Virus record (IMG/VR): IMGVR_UViG_3300047994_000103
Coordinates: 1-39,878 of that record
DNA from: a virus
Reading direction: 5' to 3' (one strand)
Length of the DNA stretch: 39,878 bases
In this document: piece after piece, positions 13,370-23,632 of the stretch
How the letters are laid out: each line of letters opens with the position of its first letter
Position numbering within the stretch: the first letter of the stretch is position 1
Program-made: the position numbers and the translations under genes
Notes under the pieces: generated by a model
Databases searched by the model: none
Told to the model about the DNA's origin: nothing
What the model saw: only the letters and a program-made list of their open reading frames with translations

Positions 13370-15625
13370 ATGGAAGACGTACCTGCAACTGGCAAAAGTC
13401 AAGAAGACACAGATTTTCATTGGCTAAAAGAGAAATTTGAGATGTGTTTGACAGCAGAAGCGACCAATCGCCAGTTTATGATTGATGATTTGCGTTTTCG
13501 TGCGGCATCTCCTGATGAACCGTGGCAGTGGCCCGACGACATTCAAGCGAGCCGTAAAGCCGATCCTGGTGGTGCGCGTCCGTGCCTCACTGTCAATTAT
13601 CTCCCGCAACACGTTTTGCAAATCACGAACGAGATTCGCCAAAACCGACCCGCAATCAAAGTTCTTCCGCTTAACGATGATGCTGACGTTGAGATTGCCA
13701 AGGTTCTTAATGGAATAATCCGCAACATCGAGAACATTTCCGACGCGGATATAGCCTATGACATCATGGTAGACAACCAAGTTACTGCCGGGGAAGGTTT
13801 TGTCCGAGTCGTGACGCAATACGTTGGTGATAACTCTTTCGATCAGGAACTCCGCATTGTCCCAGTCCCCAATGCAATGTCTGTATACATGGACCCAGAA
13901 GCAAACTACGACGGTTCAGGCGCAAAAATCGTCTTTATCACTTGCATGGAACCGAAAGAAGAAATTGAAGCCGAGTATGGTGATGAGGACCAGCCATTTG
14001 ACTGGCAGACTGCCGCGCAGGGTGACGAGAAAGGGATTTGGTTTGACCAAAATTCTATCCGAACCTGCGAAGCCTACAGGCTTGTTAACGTGAAAAGCTC
14101 CATGAAGAAATGGGATACGGGAGAAGTAACCTATGACGACGAGCAGCCACCAAGCAAAGCAAAGAGCAAGGGTGGAAAACCGCCTGAACCGATCCGCACG
14201 CGCACGTTCTACAAAAAGAAAGTGGTTTGGTATAAGTTATGCGGCGAGCGAATTTTGGAAACTCGTGACACAATTTTTACGCAAATTCCTGTGGCTCGCG
14301 CTGTGGGAAATGTGTTTTTGATCGAGGGCGAGCGGCGTGTTAGCGGTATCGTGCGTAACGCGAAAGACGCTCAACGCATGTACAACTATTGGACCTCGCA
14401 AGAAGCAGAATTTCTTGCCATGGCCCCCCGCGCCCCGTTTGTTGGCGCAGCCGGCCAGTTTGAAGGCTTCGAGAAAGATTGGAAGGTTGCAAACGTCCTA
14501 AACTTGGCTTATTTGCAGTACAATCCTGTGTTAGAAGAAGGTCAATTGGCTCCGCCTCCGCAGCGTGTTGCCCCTCCTATGGTATCGGAAGGTTTGATGC
14601 AGGCTAAAGCCGGCTCAATGGCTGATATCAAAGGCACAACCCATCAATACGAAGCTGCATTGGGACAAAAGTCAAACGAAGTTAGTGGCCGAGCCATTTT
14701 GTATAAGAATCGTGAGGGCGATACCGCTGCATTTCATTATGGGGACAACGCCCGTCGCGCAATTCGATATCTCGGGCGCATTCTTGTAGACGCAATCCCG
14801 AAAATCTATGATTCAAAACGAGCTGCCCGCGTGATGGGCGAAGACGGAAACTACGATTTTGCCATGATTGACCCCGATCAGCCTGAACCGACGCAGCCTG
14901 TGATGGACGAAGCGTCTCAAACTCAGATTGGAACTATTTACAACATTGGAATAGGCAAATACGATGTTGCAGTCACGACCGGACCCTCGTACACCACCAA
15001 GCGTCAAGAAAACCTTGATGTTATGACGCAATTGATCCAAGCCCAGCCGTCGCTGTGGCAAGTTATTGGAGATTTGTTTGTTAAAGACCTCGACAGTGGG
15101 CGTGCCGATGAAATGGCCTTGCGTCTTCGTGCCACACTTGCTCCTGCTGTTCAAGCTGCGTTGAAAGCACAAGAAGGCCCAGCCAAGTCTCCGCAGCAAC
15201 TACGCGAAGAAAACATGCAACTTCACATGGCGTTGCAACAAGCAACGCAACAAATTCAGCAAATGATGCAGGAGTTGCAGCTCGCAAAGACCAAACAACT
15301 TGAAACAGCAATCAACGCGCATACTAAACTTGCTGAGTCCGAGAATTCGCTGCAAGCAGCGCAGGTCAAGGGGACTTCCGATGCTCATGTGGCTGCAATC
15401 ACGGCTCTCGGGAACATTGAAGCAACCCATGCGCAAGGTGCAGCCGATCACAAGACTGCTGCAATTAAAAGTGTTGCAGATTTGTTGATTGACCACCAAC
15501 AGAATCTTGCACAACTTGCCCAGCCACCTGCACAGCCTCAACAGCCTGCCGCTCAAGGCGCTCCAAAGGTCAACGAGAACATTTCGCTTTCTGCGCATCC
15601 GGAAGCTCTCGGAGGTATTCAATGA
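13370..15625 (+). CDS. Portal protein (P22 gp1-like, with helical C-terminal barrel region)
   Basis: 751 aa. EIRQNRPAIKVLP and TAGEGFVRVVTQY parallel the P22 portal segments EMRQNPIDVLYRP and EAGVGAWRLVTDY (from memory). Gln/Ala-rich helical C-terminus. Follows terL. Confidence 0.9.
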   Translation: MEDVPATGKSQEDTDFHWLKEKFEMCLTAEATNRQFMIDDLRFRAASPDEPWQWPDDIQASRKADPGGARPCLTVNYLPQHVLQITNEIRQNRPAIKVLPLNDDADVEIAKVLNGIIRNIENISDADIAYDIMVDNQVTAGEGFVRVVTQYVGDNSFDQELRIVPVPNAMSVYMDPEANYDGSGAKIVFITCMEPKEEIEAEYGDEDQPFDWQTAAQGDEKGIWFDQNSIRTCEAYRLVNVKSSMKKWDTGEVTYDDEQPPSKAKSKGGKPPEPIRTRTFYKKKVVWYKLCGERILETRDTIFTQIPVARAVGNVFLIEGERRVSGIVRNAKDAQRMYNYWTSQEAEFLAMAPRAPFVGAAGQFEGFEKDWKVANVLNLAYLQYNPVLEEGQLAPPPQRVAPPMVSEGLMQAKAGSMADIKGTTHQYEAALGQKSNEVSGRAILYKNREGDTAAFHYGDNARRAIRYLGRILVDAIPKIYDSKRAARVMGEDGNYDFAMIDPDQPEPTQPVMDEASQTQIGTIYNIGIGKYDVAVTTGPSYTTKRQENLDVMTQLIQAQPSLWQVIGDLFVKDLDSGRADEMALRLRATLAPAVQAALKAQEGPAKSPQQLREENMQLHMALQQATQQIQQMMQELQLAKTKQLETAINAHTKLAESENSLQAAQVKGTSDAHVAAITALGNIEATHAQGAADHKTAAIKSVADLLIDHQQNLAQLAQPPAQPQQPAAQGAPKVNENISLSAHPEALGGIQ

Positions 15626-15698
15626 GGACTTGATTCTTGTGCGTTGACCCAACAGACCCACTTTGTTACTTTATCTTTGACCCAATTGGGGATTTTTA

Positions 15699-16523
15699 AT
15701 GGACGTGAAAACGGAAACTGCTACAACGGAAGCGGGTTCGCCCGCGACTACAGCCGAACAAACTGCGACCGAAGGCACGGCGCAATCCTCGCAAGAGGCG
15801 GTTGCAAAGCCATCTGAAAAACCGGCTACTCCTAAATGGGTAACGGCGCGTTTTGGTGAAATGACAGCAGCAAGACGTGCGGCAGAAGCCGCAGCTCAAG
15901 CTGCAAACGAGCGTGTTGAGCGTATTGAAAAAGCTCTCCGCGACAAAGGCATTACACTGGACCAACCGGAATCCACAGGAAAGCCTGCTGGAAAGACTGT
16001 CGAACAAGCTGCGCAAGAACTACTGGCCGAACGCGAATTTGTAAAGCGTGCTGGCGAGATTGCAACGAAAGGTCGGACCGAGTTTCCTGATTTTGATGAC
16101 ACGCTTCGCGTGCTTAACGAAGTCGGTGAAATGAAGAAAGAAACCCTCGATGTGATTCTCGAAAGCGATATCGGTCACAAAATCTTGAAGTATCTTGGCG
16201 ACAATCCGGACGAAGCGTCAGAATTGCTTGCAAAGCCTTTTAAGAGTCAAGCACGCGCAATCGGTTTGCTCGAAGCCCGTTTGGAAAAAGCAGCCGAAAA
16301 ACCACCCATTAATGACACCCAAGAGCCTGACGAAGACGAAGAAGTTGAGCGACCTCTGCAAGTTGTTGCAAAATCCTCAAAAGCACTGCTGCCCGAACCG
16401 ATTGATGTAACGCCCGTTAAGAAGTCCCAGACTTCAACAACGTTGCCAACAGAAAAAGATTCGACTGCGGATTGGATGAGGAAGCGACAAGCGCAAGTTG
16501 CAAAACAGCGTAGTGTCAGGTAG
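15699..16523 (+). CDS. Scaffolding protein
   Basis: 274-aa acidic, Ala/Glu/Lys-rich helical protein between the portal and coat genes. Confidence 0.7.
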   Translation: MDVKTETATTEAGSPATTAEQTATEGTAQSSQEAVAKPSEKPATPKWVTARFGEMTAARRAAEAAAQAANERVERIEKALRDKGITLDQPESTGKPAGKTVEQAAQELLAEREFVKRAGEIATKGRTEFPDFDDTLRVLNEVGEMKKETLDVILESDIGHKILKYLGDNPDEASELLAKPFKSQARAIGLLEARLEKAAEKPPINDTQEPDEDEEVERPLQVVAKSSKALLPEPIDVTPVKKSQTSTTLPTEKDSTADWMRKRQAQVAKQRSVR

Positions 16524-16534
16524 GAGAAACACTC

Positions 16535-17761
16535 GTGGCAAACACTCTGCTTACGCCTCAGATCATCACGCGGGAAGCCCTGCGGATTCTGCACGCGAAA
16601 CTCAACTTCATCAAGTCCATCAATCGTCAGTATGACGATCGTTTCGCTCAAGCGGGTGCGAAAATTGGTGCGACTCTCCAAATCCGCAAACCACCTCGCT
16701 ACACCGTTTCAACTGGTGCCGCCCTTGCCACCCAAGACACGACCGACACGTTTGATGCGCTGACGATTGCAACCCAAAAGCACGTTGACACGACGTTTTC
16801 GAGCGTGGAACTTACGTTGTCTGTTGACGATTTCTCGAAGCGCATTCTTGAGCCGTCAATGGCTCAGCTTGCTTCGGCTATCGAAGCAGACTCGCTTACC
16901 ATGTATCAACAGGTTTACAACACTGTCGGTGCATACAACACGCCGGTCAATTCGCTCGCAACCGTGCTTCGCGGACGCAAGCGTCTTAATGATCTCCTGA
17001 CCCCGTTGGATGGTCAGCGCACCGCGCTTCTGACGACCGACGCGAACTTGCAGCTTGTCTCTGCGTTGCAGGGCTTGTTCCAAGATTCGTCAACGATCTC
17101 CGAGCAATACGACGAAGGCATGATGGGTCGGACGGCGGGCTTCACGTTCAAGGAAAACACCTTGATCCCTGTCCAGACGACTGGCACGCCTACCGGCACG
17201 CCTGTTATTGCGGGCGCTGGTCAAATCGGCAGCTCGCTTGCAACAAGTGGTTGGACTGCTTCAACTCTGGTTCTCAACACTGGCGACGTATTTACGATCC
17301 CGGGCGTCTATGCAGTCCACCCGGAAACTCGTATTGCGTTTGGTTATCTCCAACAGTTTACCGTGACGGCTCCTGTCACTTCGACTGCTGGTGGCCTTGC
17401 GACTATCCCGATCTCTCCGTCAATCGTGCTGTCGCCTTCGCCGTTCCAAACCGTCAGTGTTGCTCCGCCTAACGGCAACGCGATTGTTCCGTTTGCTAGT
17501 GTCACGGCTCCGACCCCGTACAGCAACTCCTTGCTGTTCCACAAGGATGCCTTCACGTTTGCAACAGCCGACTTGGAAGACGTGTCGCAGTACGGTGCAT
17601 GGGGTTCTCGTCAACAGTACGACGGTATTTCGATGCGTATCGCCCGCCAGTATGCAATCGGAACGGACACTGTTCCCTGCCGTATTGATGTTCTGTACGG
17701 CTACGTTCCGCTGTATCCTCAGCTTGCTTGCCGTGTGGCGGGCTCGTTGGAATCCACCTAA
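16535..17761 (+). CDS. Major capsid (coat) protein
   Basis: 408 aa; GTG start with AGGAG 8 nt upstream. The N-terminus TPQIITREALRILHAKLNFIKSINRQYDDRF...IRKPPRY resembles the P22-coat-like family. Position after the scaffold gene. Confidence 0.88.
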   Translation: MANTLLTPQIITREALRILHAKLNFIKSINRQYDDRFAQAGAKIGATLQIRKPPRYTVSTGAALATQDTTDTFDALTIATQKHVDTTFSSVELTLSVDDFSKRILEPSMAQLASAIEADSLTMYQQVYNTVGAYNTPVNSLATVLRGRKRLNDLLTPLDGQRTALLTTDANLQLVSALQGLFQDSSTISEQYDEGMMGRTAGFTFKENTLIPVQTTGTPTGTPVIAGAGQIGSSLATSGWTASTLVLNTGDVFTIPGVYAVHPETRIAFGYLQQFTVTAPVTSTAGGLATIPISPSIVLSPSPFQTVSVAPPNGNAIVPFASVTAPTPYSNSLLFHKDAFTFATADLEDVSQYGAWGSRQQYDGISMRIARQYAIGTDTVPCRIDVLYGYVPLYPQLACRVAGSLEST

Positions 17762-17776
17762 TAGGAGGGTCTTTCA

Positions 17777-18103
17777 ATGGGTAGCCTTCGTACTTTGTCC
17801 AACATCATGTTTTCGGAGATTATTCAGCAGCAGCTTACTCCTGCTACTGTTCCTGCAAACTCGACGGTAGAGCAAACCTTTCCTTTGCCCGGGGCCGTAG
17901 TGACCGATTATTTGTCAGCACAAATGCAGTTCGGTCAGTCCGGTCTTAGTGTTGATAACATCCGTGTTTCCGCACCAAATGTCATGGCGATTGCGTTTTC
18001 TAATCCAACGGGAACCGCAATTACTCCGACGGCTGGCTCGACTTATTTCATCAAATGGGAACGCACCCCTACTCCGGTACCGAGCACTTTGCCTCGTATG
18101 TAA
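17777..18103 (+). CDS. Hypothetical virion-module protein (108 aa; possible decoration protein)
   Basis: AGGAGGG SD. Lies directly after the coat gene and before a strong terminator. Confidence 0.6.
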   Translation: MGSLRTLSNIMFSEIIQQQLTPATVPANSTVEQTFPLPGAVVTDYLSAQMQFGQSGLSVDNIRVSAPNVMAIAFSNPTGTAITPTAGSTYFIKWERTPTPVPSTLPRM

Positions 18104-18104
18104 C

Positions 18105-18133
18105 GAGAGGCCGGGAAACCGGCCTTTCTTTTT
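18105..18133 (+). terminator. Intrinsic terminator after the capsid genes
   Basis: Stem AGGCCGG-gaaa-CCGGCCT (18108-18125, extendable) followed by TTCTTTTT. Confidence 0.8.
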
Positions 18134-18145
18134 AGGAGATTCCAA

Positions 18146-18406
18146 ATGTATCGTCTCAAATTTCGTTGTGAAGAAGCTGTGCAAGTCGACAAAATGCAGG
18201 GTGATATCGTTCAGAAGGGTCTACAGGTGCGTTTTGCACCTATTTTTGCCTATGGATACCCCGAAGAAGACGTTGCTGCCACCGTGTTTGGTTCGACGCC
18301 AGAAGGATCGGTAGTTTTCACCGCCTATGACTCGTCGGCTGTTTCTGCGTTCAAGGTTGGCGACTATTACTACGCCGATTTCAGTCCGGTGGCCGCTAAG
18401 AAGTAA
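18146..18406 (+). CDS. Hypothetical protein (86 aa)
   Basis: AGGAG SD 7 nt upstream of ATG 18146. Confidence 0.6.
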   Translation: MYRLKFRCEEAVQVDKMQGDIVQKGLQVRFAPIFAYGYPEEDVAATVFGSTPEGSVVFTAYDSSAVSAFKVGDYYYADFSPVAAKK

Positions 18407-18415
18407 GGAGTTTCA

Positions 18416-19138
18416 ATGCAAGCGTCCGCCACAGACATCTACACCCGCGCGTTAGGTATCTGTGGCATTTTTGCGCCCGGTGACATCATCCCCGGAGAAG
18501 ATGCGGGCTTTGCTTTCGCCACTCTTAACACAATGGTTGACTCGTGGAATACCGAGTCGCTTTTTGTTTACACAATTCAAGACGTAAAAGTTGGTGGGGT
18601 ATATCCCGTCCTTCCAACAAACACGAATATCCTAACAATTGGACCCACGGGGTCCATTGTCGTAACCGAACGTCCAACTCAACTGATGGACACGATGTTC
18701 GTAAGGATCAATTCTGTCGATTATCCTGTTCGACTTATCAACCAAGAGCAATATAATTCGCTTAACTTAAAAACAAACAATTCATCCTATCCGATGTATT
18801 GTTATTGCGATTACGAGTATCCTACTGCAACTCTTTATTTTTATCCGATTCCAAATCAACCTTGCGAGTTGCATATCCAGATTGAACAACAGCTTATTCA
18901 GTTTCCGGATGTTGGTACCAAGTTAAATTTTCCACAAGGATATGTTCGAGCACTTCAATACGCGCTTGCAGTAGAGTTGAGTGGGTCGTATGGAAGATCG
19001 CTTTCGCCAACAGATCAAAAGGTAGCAGCAAAAGCGATTTACAACATTAAACGTCGAAACAATCAAACCCCTGAACTCGGATTTCGTAACGCACTTCTTG
19101 ATGTTGGCGGTGCTTACAACATTTTCTTGGGCCAATAG
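18416..19138 (+). CDS. Head-tail adaptor, P22 gp4-like (tentative)
   Basis: The N-terminus DIYTRALGICGIFAPGDIIPGEDAGFAFATLNTMVDSWN parallels P22 gp4 [40 protein letters not shown] (from memory). Synteny supports it. Confidence 0.55.
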   Translation: MQASATDIYTRALGICGIFAPGDIIPGEDAGFAFATLNTMVDSWNTESLFVYTIQDVKVGGVYPVLPTNTNILTIGPTGSIVVTERPTQLMDTMFVRINSVDYPVRLINQEQYNSLNLKTNNSSYPMYCYCDYEYPTATLYFYPIPNQPCELHIQIEQQLIQFPDVGTKLNFPQGYVRALQYALAVELSGSYGRSLSPTDQKVAAKAIYNIKRRNNQTPELGFRNALLDVGGAYNIFLGQ

Positions 19139-20565
19139 TGAAGAAAATACCTTTTGTCGGCCCTACATATCAAACACGATCTCGCTTTGTAGAAAGCGAG
19201 AAATGCACTAATTTGTACTTGGAGAAAATTCCAAACGGTCAACGCACGGATATGATGCTGGTAAGCACTCCGGGTTTGCGTAACATTGGTACAATTGGTT
19301 CTGGGCCTATCAGGGGTACTTTTGCACTTCCGGGTGTCGCATATGTAGTTTCGGGCAATGGCTTTTACAGCTACAGCACTACCGGGGTGTCAACACTCTT
19401 GGGTAGTTTTAGCACCACGTCCGGTCTTGTTTCTATGGCCTACGATGGTCAACAGTTAGTTATGGTGGACGGCCTATACGGGTACGTTTGGAACACTTCT
19501 ACTTCCAAGTTTGTTAAAATCACGGACCCCGACTTTCCTAACGGTGTTACCTTTGTTTTCTACGAAGATACCTATTTCATTGTGTCCGGGGACGGAACAA
19601 ATCACTTTTATATTTCTGCAAATCTTGATGGAACTATGTGGAATGGTCTTGACTACGCTTCAATTGAAAGTGAGGAAGCTTCGCTCCAAGTCGCTTTCCC
19701 TATCCATGATGAATTGTGGCTCTTTGGTCTAAAAACAATTGAAGTCTGGGTCAACACCGGGGCTTCAACTTTTCCTTACCAGAAAAGTGGCACGGTACTG
19801 GTTGAACACGGTTGTGTTGCCCCATGGACTGTTTGCAAGCTCGATAACACTTTGTTTTGGGTAGGTCGGGACGAAACTGGTATTGGTCCGGTTTGGCGAG
19901 CAGATGGTTACAAACCTGTACGAGTGTCGAATCCCTATATTGAGCGGTTGATTGAGACCTCAACTAATCCTTACGGCTATCAAGCCTTTACCTACATGCA
20001 AGATGGGCATTTGTTTTACGTTTTGTGCTTTGTCGACATCGACCAGACCTTTGTTTACGACGTTACAACGTCGGAATGGCATGATCGCGCTTGGAAAGAA
20101 GCAAACAACAACAATATGCACAGGTGGCGTGCTGGAACATTCATGGCGTTCAACAACCAATTACTTTGTGGGGATTGGCAAGACAACCGTCTGTATATTC
20201 TTGACAAAAATTACTACCTTGACGATCAAAACGCCATTGCCCGAATTCGTCGTACTTCTGTGTTTGAGTTGACTCAAGCCAGAGTCTTCTACACCATGCT
20301 GCAAGTTGACATGGAAGTTGGGGTTGGAACAGCCACAGGACAGGGTTTTGCTCCACAACTTCGCCTACGTTGGTCTGACGATGGCGGACAGACTTTTGGC
20401 CCTTACCGTACTCAAACAGTCGGTCCCATTGGCTCGTATCGCACTCGTGTTAAATTTAATCGCCTTGGTAGTGGTCGTAATCGAGTTTGGGAGATTTCCA
20501 TTACTGATCCTGTAGCGGTTACTATTCTGGGTGCGTTTGCTGAACTAGAACCGGGGACTTGGTAA
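19138..20565 (+). CDS. Tail accessory factor, P22 gp10-like (tentative)
   Basis: 475 aa (P22 gp10 is about 472 aa). GTG start overlapping the previous stop. Beta-propeller-like repeats. The C-terminus RLGSGRNRVWEISITDPVAVTILGAFAELE resembles the gp10 end. Synteny supports it. Confidence 0.6.
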   Translation: MKKIPFVGPTYQTRSRFVESEKCTNLYLEKIPNGQRTDMMLVSTPGLRNIGTIGSGPIRGTFALPGVAYVVSGNGFYSYSTTGVSTLLGSFSTTSGLVSMAYDGQQLVMVDGLYGYVWNTSTSKFVKITDPDFPNGVTFVFYEDTYFIVSGDGTNHFYISANLDGTMWNGLDYASIESEEASLQVAFPIHDELWLFGLKTIEVWVNTGASTFPYQKSGTVLVEHGCVAPWTVCKLDNTLFWVGRDETGIGPVWRADGYKPVRVSNPYIERLIETSTNPYGYQAFTYMQDGHLFYVLCFVDIDQTFVYDVTTSEWHDRAWKEANNNNMHRWRAGTFMAFNNQLLCGDWQDNRLYILDKNYYLDDQNAIARIRRTSVFELTQARVFYTMLQVDMEVGVGTATGQGFAPQLRLRWSDDGGQTFGPYRTQTVGPIGSYRTRVKFNRLGSGRNRVWEISITDPVAVTILGAFAELEPGTW

Positions 20566-21032
20566 TGCCAGACACCAGCGTACTAGATCTTTTTCCTGTC
20601 CGAATTAAATTTGTTAATCCGGATGGCACCCTGACTTCGGAAGCGTATCGTGCACTTCGTCGTGTTGGGTTAATGGTTTCGGGAATTGATGACAATGGAA
20701 TTGGAGAAGTATTCGCAGACGTTTCTGGCATCGCTGCTCAACAAACACCACCCATTCCTGAGCAAGATTATGGTACTATTGCTGGGTCGATCGCTGCTTT
20801 GCAACGTCAAATTGATGATTTGTTGTTTCCCGAAGTCTACGCTCAAGCATCTGCAACAACCTCTACTCCTCCTGTAGTTTCTGCACCCCAGCCTCCAACG
20901 CATTTGTTTGCAAACCAGTCGTATACTGTCAATGACTTTTCTCAAATTGTTGTGGCATCCCCAATAACCCTCGAAGCTGGTGCGGTCATCATTAAAGGCA
21001 TCGAATCCAAACTCATTAGGATTATAGCATGA
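20565..21032 (+). CDS. Tail-associated hypothetical protein (155 aa; occupies the P22 gp26 position)
   Basis: Track ORF 20559-21032 trimmed to ATG 20565 (TAATG overlap). ATGA overlap with the fibre gene. Confidence 0.55.
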   Translation: MPDTSVLDLFPVRIKFVNPDGTLTSEAYRALRRVGLMVSGIDDNGIGEVFADVSGIAAQQTPPIPEQDYGTIAGSIAALQRQIDDLLFPEVYAQASATTSTPPVVSAPQPPTHLFANQSYTVNDFSQIVVASPITLEAGAVIIKGIESKLIRIIA

Positions 21033-23281
21033 CTGCCCAAACTGGAACAACTAGCGCAGCAGATAGCTATCATGAAGGTGACACCAAGCCTGCTGCTCCG
21101 GCGACTGGTTCGTACCAGCGTTTATTGTATTGCAGATCAGGTGCTTTTTATTCTCTCGATGAAACTGGAACAGAAGTAGCTGTTTCAGGTCTAACAAGTG
21201 TTGTTAATTCTGATGGTACAATTACTGTCACTACATCCTCGGGGTCTGCGACAGTTTCTCGGGCCGCCATTATTGGCGATGTCGCTATTCCAGCCGGCTC
21301 AAATACGGCAACTCTTGCTTCGGTTGCAACTGCTGGGACGACGGGCTCTGCGACAGTCATCCCAGTCATTACGATTGACGCAAAAGGCCGTGTTACATCA
21401 ATTACTACCGCAGCTACGGTCGGCTCAGTAACAAACTCGGACGGAACAATCACGGTATCTGGCACAGCGACTGCGCCAGTCGTGAGTCGTGCGGCGATCG
21501 CTGGCGATATCTCTGTCCCTGCCAATAGTAACACCGCAACTCTACCAAACGTCAATACCAGCGGTGCAGGTACTTACAACAATGTCACCACGAATGCCAA
21601 GGGCCAAGTTACTTCCGGATCGAATGTCGCATATTTAACAAGTGCAGTTACTTCTGTAACTGGTACTTCTCCGATTTCGTCATCTGGTGGAACCACGCCA
21701 GCGATTAGTATTGCGGCTTCTAGCCCGTCGACTGCTGGTTCCATGTCCATTTCGCAGTACAACAAACTTGCTGGATTGGTAACGGGTCTAAATGGAGTTA
21801 TTGACGTTACGCAGCAAGGAACAAACGCGGTATTGACTAGCAACACGGGCGCTGCAAACAACACTGCGCTTGCGACTATTATGTCGGCTGCTGCTAGCGG
21901 CTCGGTTCTGTATTTTCCGGGCGGCTTTTACCCGTTTGCATCGAACATTGCTGTCCCTGCCAAGGTTTTCTTGTTCCAAGGCGCACTTGCAGGCGTCAAT
22001 GGCAACCTGACAGGTTTCGAGTGGACCTCGAATATCGCAGGCGATCTCATCACGCTTACGTCGGGAAATTATTACACCCAATTCCGCGACATCCTTTTTA
22101 CTACCAGTTTGGCTCAAACAGCCGGCTCCGTGGTGAACACCAACGGCAACGCCTATATTAACTTCTATCGGTGCGCTTTCTCAGGTCTGAGCAGCAGCAA
22201 TACGCTGTTTAATGGGGTCAACTACAACGGCAGCGCAGGTGGCGAAATTTCCACCATCAGCGACTGCACCTTCACCAACTTTACCGGCACCGCCATCATC
22301 GGCGGCTGCAACTTGCAGACGTTTGTGGTGCATGGCACCACGATCAACGGTGGCCTGTCCTCAACAACGGGCGCTGTTTGCGGCATCAACATCACGCTGG
22401 GTGGTGCTGTTCAGATCAACGACTCTGACGTGATCGGCTGCCAGAACAACCTGCTGATTAACCCGACCTCGGGGAACGTTGTCGCATCCGTGTTTGCGAT
22501 GAACACGTACTTCGACAACGCTTTTGGATCATGTGTCAAGATCACAGGTGCAGGTGCCACGGTCCGCACCAAGTTCACCGGATGCTCTTTTACGGTGGCG
22601 GCCAACCAGACTGGCGTATCGGCGTTCGAGTGCTCGACTACGGTCTCCGCAGGAGCCCAAGGGCTCGACATCGTCAACTGTAATATCTTGAACACGTTTG
22701 GTGCGGCCTCGTGCAATGGCTTCAACATCACAGGTGGCGCGGACTATTCAATCCAAGCCTGCAACGTGGCCGGATGGGCAACGGGGATCAACCTAACGCC
22801 GAACCCTACCGCTGGCAGTACGATTGCCCGCATCCAGAACAACGTCATCGGCACCAGCGGTGGGTACGGTGTTAATACGGTCGGTATTTTGTTAAACGCC
22901 GGCACGGTGGCTTACGGCGCGCTTGAGATTCAAAACAACGATTGCGTTGGCAGCACCACGCCGCTGACCAACAACCTGACAACTAACATACCGACGAATG
23001 CGAGCCGCTACCGCATCACGGACAACGCCGGAATTAACCCGAAAGGCACAGTCACAACCCCGGCGTTTCCCGCGTCAACCACGGTTGTTACTAATACTAC
23101 GGGGTATCGCATTTCGGTGTTTTTTAAATCCGGTGCAACCCCCCCGACTGTCATGACCATCAACGGTGTCAGCACGGTGCTGCCGCTGGCCAGCCAGATC
23201 ACTACGATCCCGCTTGATCCCGGCGGGACTTTCGCAAACACTTACACGGTCGCCGGAACGTGGACTTGGGTCGCCAACTAA
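21029..23281 (+). CDS. Tail fibre / tailspike with tandem N-terminal fibre repeats and C-terminal parallel beta-helix
   Basis: Two copies of a ~70-aa module ending in (I/T)DAKGRVTS / TNAKGQVTS. GSMSISQYNKLAGL fibre motif. Beta-helix-type repeats (IQNNVIGTSGGYGVN, IQNNDCVG). Confidence 0.85.
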   Translation: MTAQTGTTSAADSYHEGDTKPAAPATGSYQRLLYCRSGAFYSLDETGTEVAVSGLTSVVNSDGTITVTTSSGSATVSRAAIIGDVAIPAGSNTATLASVATAGTTGSATVIPVITIDAKGRVTSITTAATVGSVTNSDGTITVSGTATAPVVSRAAIAGDISVPANSNTATLPNVNTSGAGTYNNVTTNAKGQVTSGSNVAYLTSAVTSVTGTSPISSSGGTTPAISIAASSPSTAGSMSISQYNKLAGLVTGLNGVIDVTQQGTNAVLTSNTGAANNTALATIMSAAASGSVLYFPGGFYPFASNIAVPAKVFLFQGALAGVNGNLTGFEWTSNIAGDLITLTSGNYYTQFRDILFTTSLAQTAGSVVNTNGNAYINFYRCAFSGLSSSNTLFNGVNYNGSAGGEISTISDCTFTNFTGTAIIGGCNLQTFVVHGTTINGGLSSTTGAVCGINITLGGAVQINDSDVIGCQNNLLINPTSGNVVASVFAMNTYFDNAFGSCVKITGAGATVRTKFTGCSFTVAANQTGVSAFECSTTVSAGAQGLDIVNCNILNTFGAASCNGFNITGGADYSIQACNVAGWATGINLTPNPTAGSTIARIQNNVIGTSGGYGVNTVGILLNAGTVAYGALEIQNNDCVGSTTPLTNNLTTNIPTNASRYRITDNAGINPKGTVTTPAFPASTTVVTNTTGYRISVFFKSGATPPTVMTINGVSTVLPLASQITTIPLDPGGTFANTYTVAGTWTWVAN
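21197..21643 (+). repeat. Intragenic tandem duplication (~70-aa fibre module, 2 copies)
   Basis: Copy 1: SVVNSDGTITV..SRAAIIGDVAIPAGSNTATL..IDAKGRVTS. Copy 2: SVTNSDGTITV..SRAAIAGDISVPANSNTATL..TNAKGQVTS. Confidence 0.8.
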
Positions 23282-23290
23282 GGAAGTGCC

Positions 23291-23632
23291 ATGCAACGCT
23301 TACCTCTTAAACTTGTCAATAATACGGTCCTAGCCACAACTGCTGGGGTATTATATACCTCCCCTTTCGGGACCAAAACCACAATCAGCGCCTTGACCTT
23401 TACCAACTCGTCAACAAGCGTAGCAACAATGACCGTCTATATTGTTCCTGCTGCTGGAAGCTTGGGTCAAGGTAATCTGGTTATTTCAGCGCGCCAACTT
23501 GCTATCGGCGAATCCTATATTGCGACTCCAGTCATCGGACAAACACTCGAAGCCGGAGATACTTTGCAAGCTTTCGCTTCGGCTGGGACGGCAATTTCTG
23601 TTACTGCTTCGGGCTACTCTACGGTGTCCTGA
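23291..23632 (+). CDS. Small beta-rich hypothetical protein (113 aa)
   Basis: AAGGAAG SD; directly follows the fibre gene. Confidence 0.6.
   Translation: MQRLPLKLVNNTVLATTAGVLYTSPFGTKTTISALTFTNSSTSVATMTVYIVPAAGSLGQGNLVISARQLAIGESYIATPVIGQTLEAGDTLQAFASAGTAISVTASGYSTVS

Noticed and set aside
21029-23281. Diversity-generating retroelement acting on the repeat-containing tail fibre
   Set aside because: No reverse transcriptase gene and no template-repeat/variable-repeat pair with adenine-specific mismatches were seen. The repeats are in-frame tandem protein modules.
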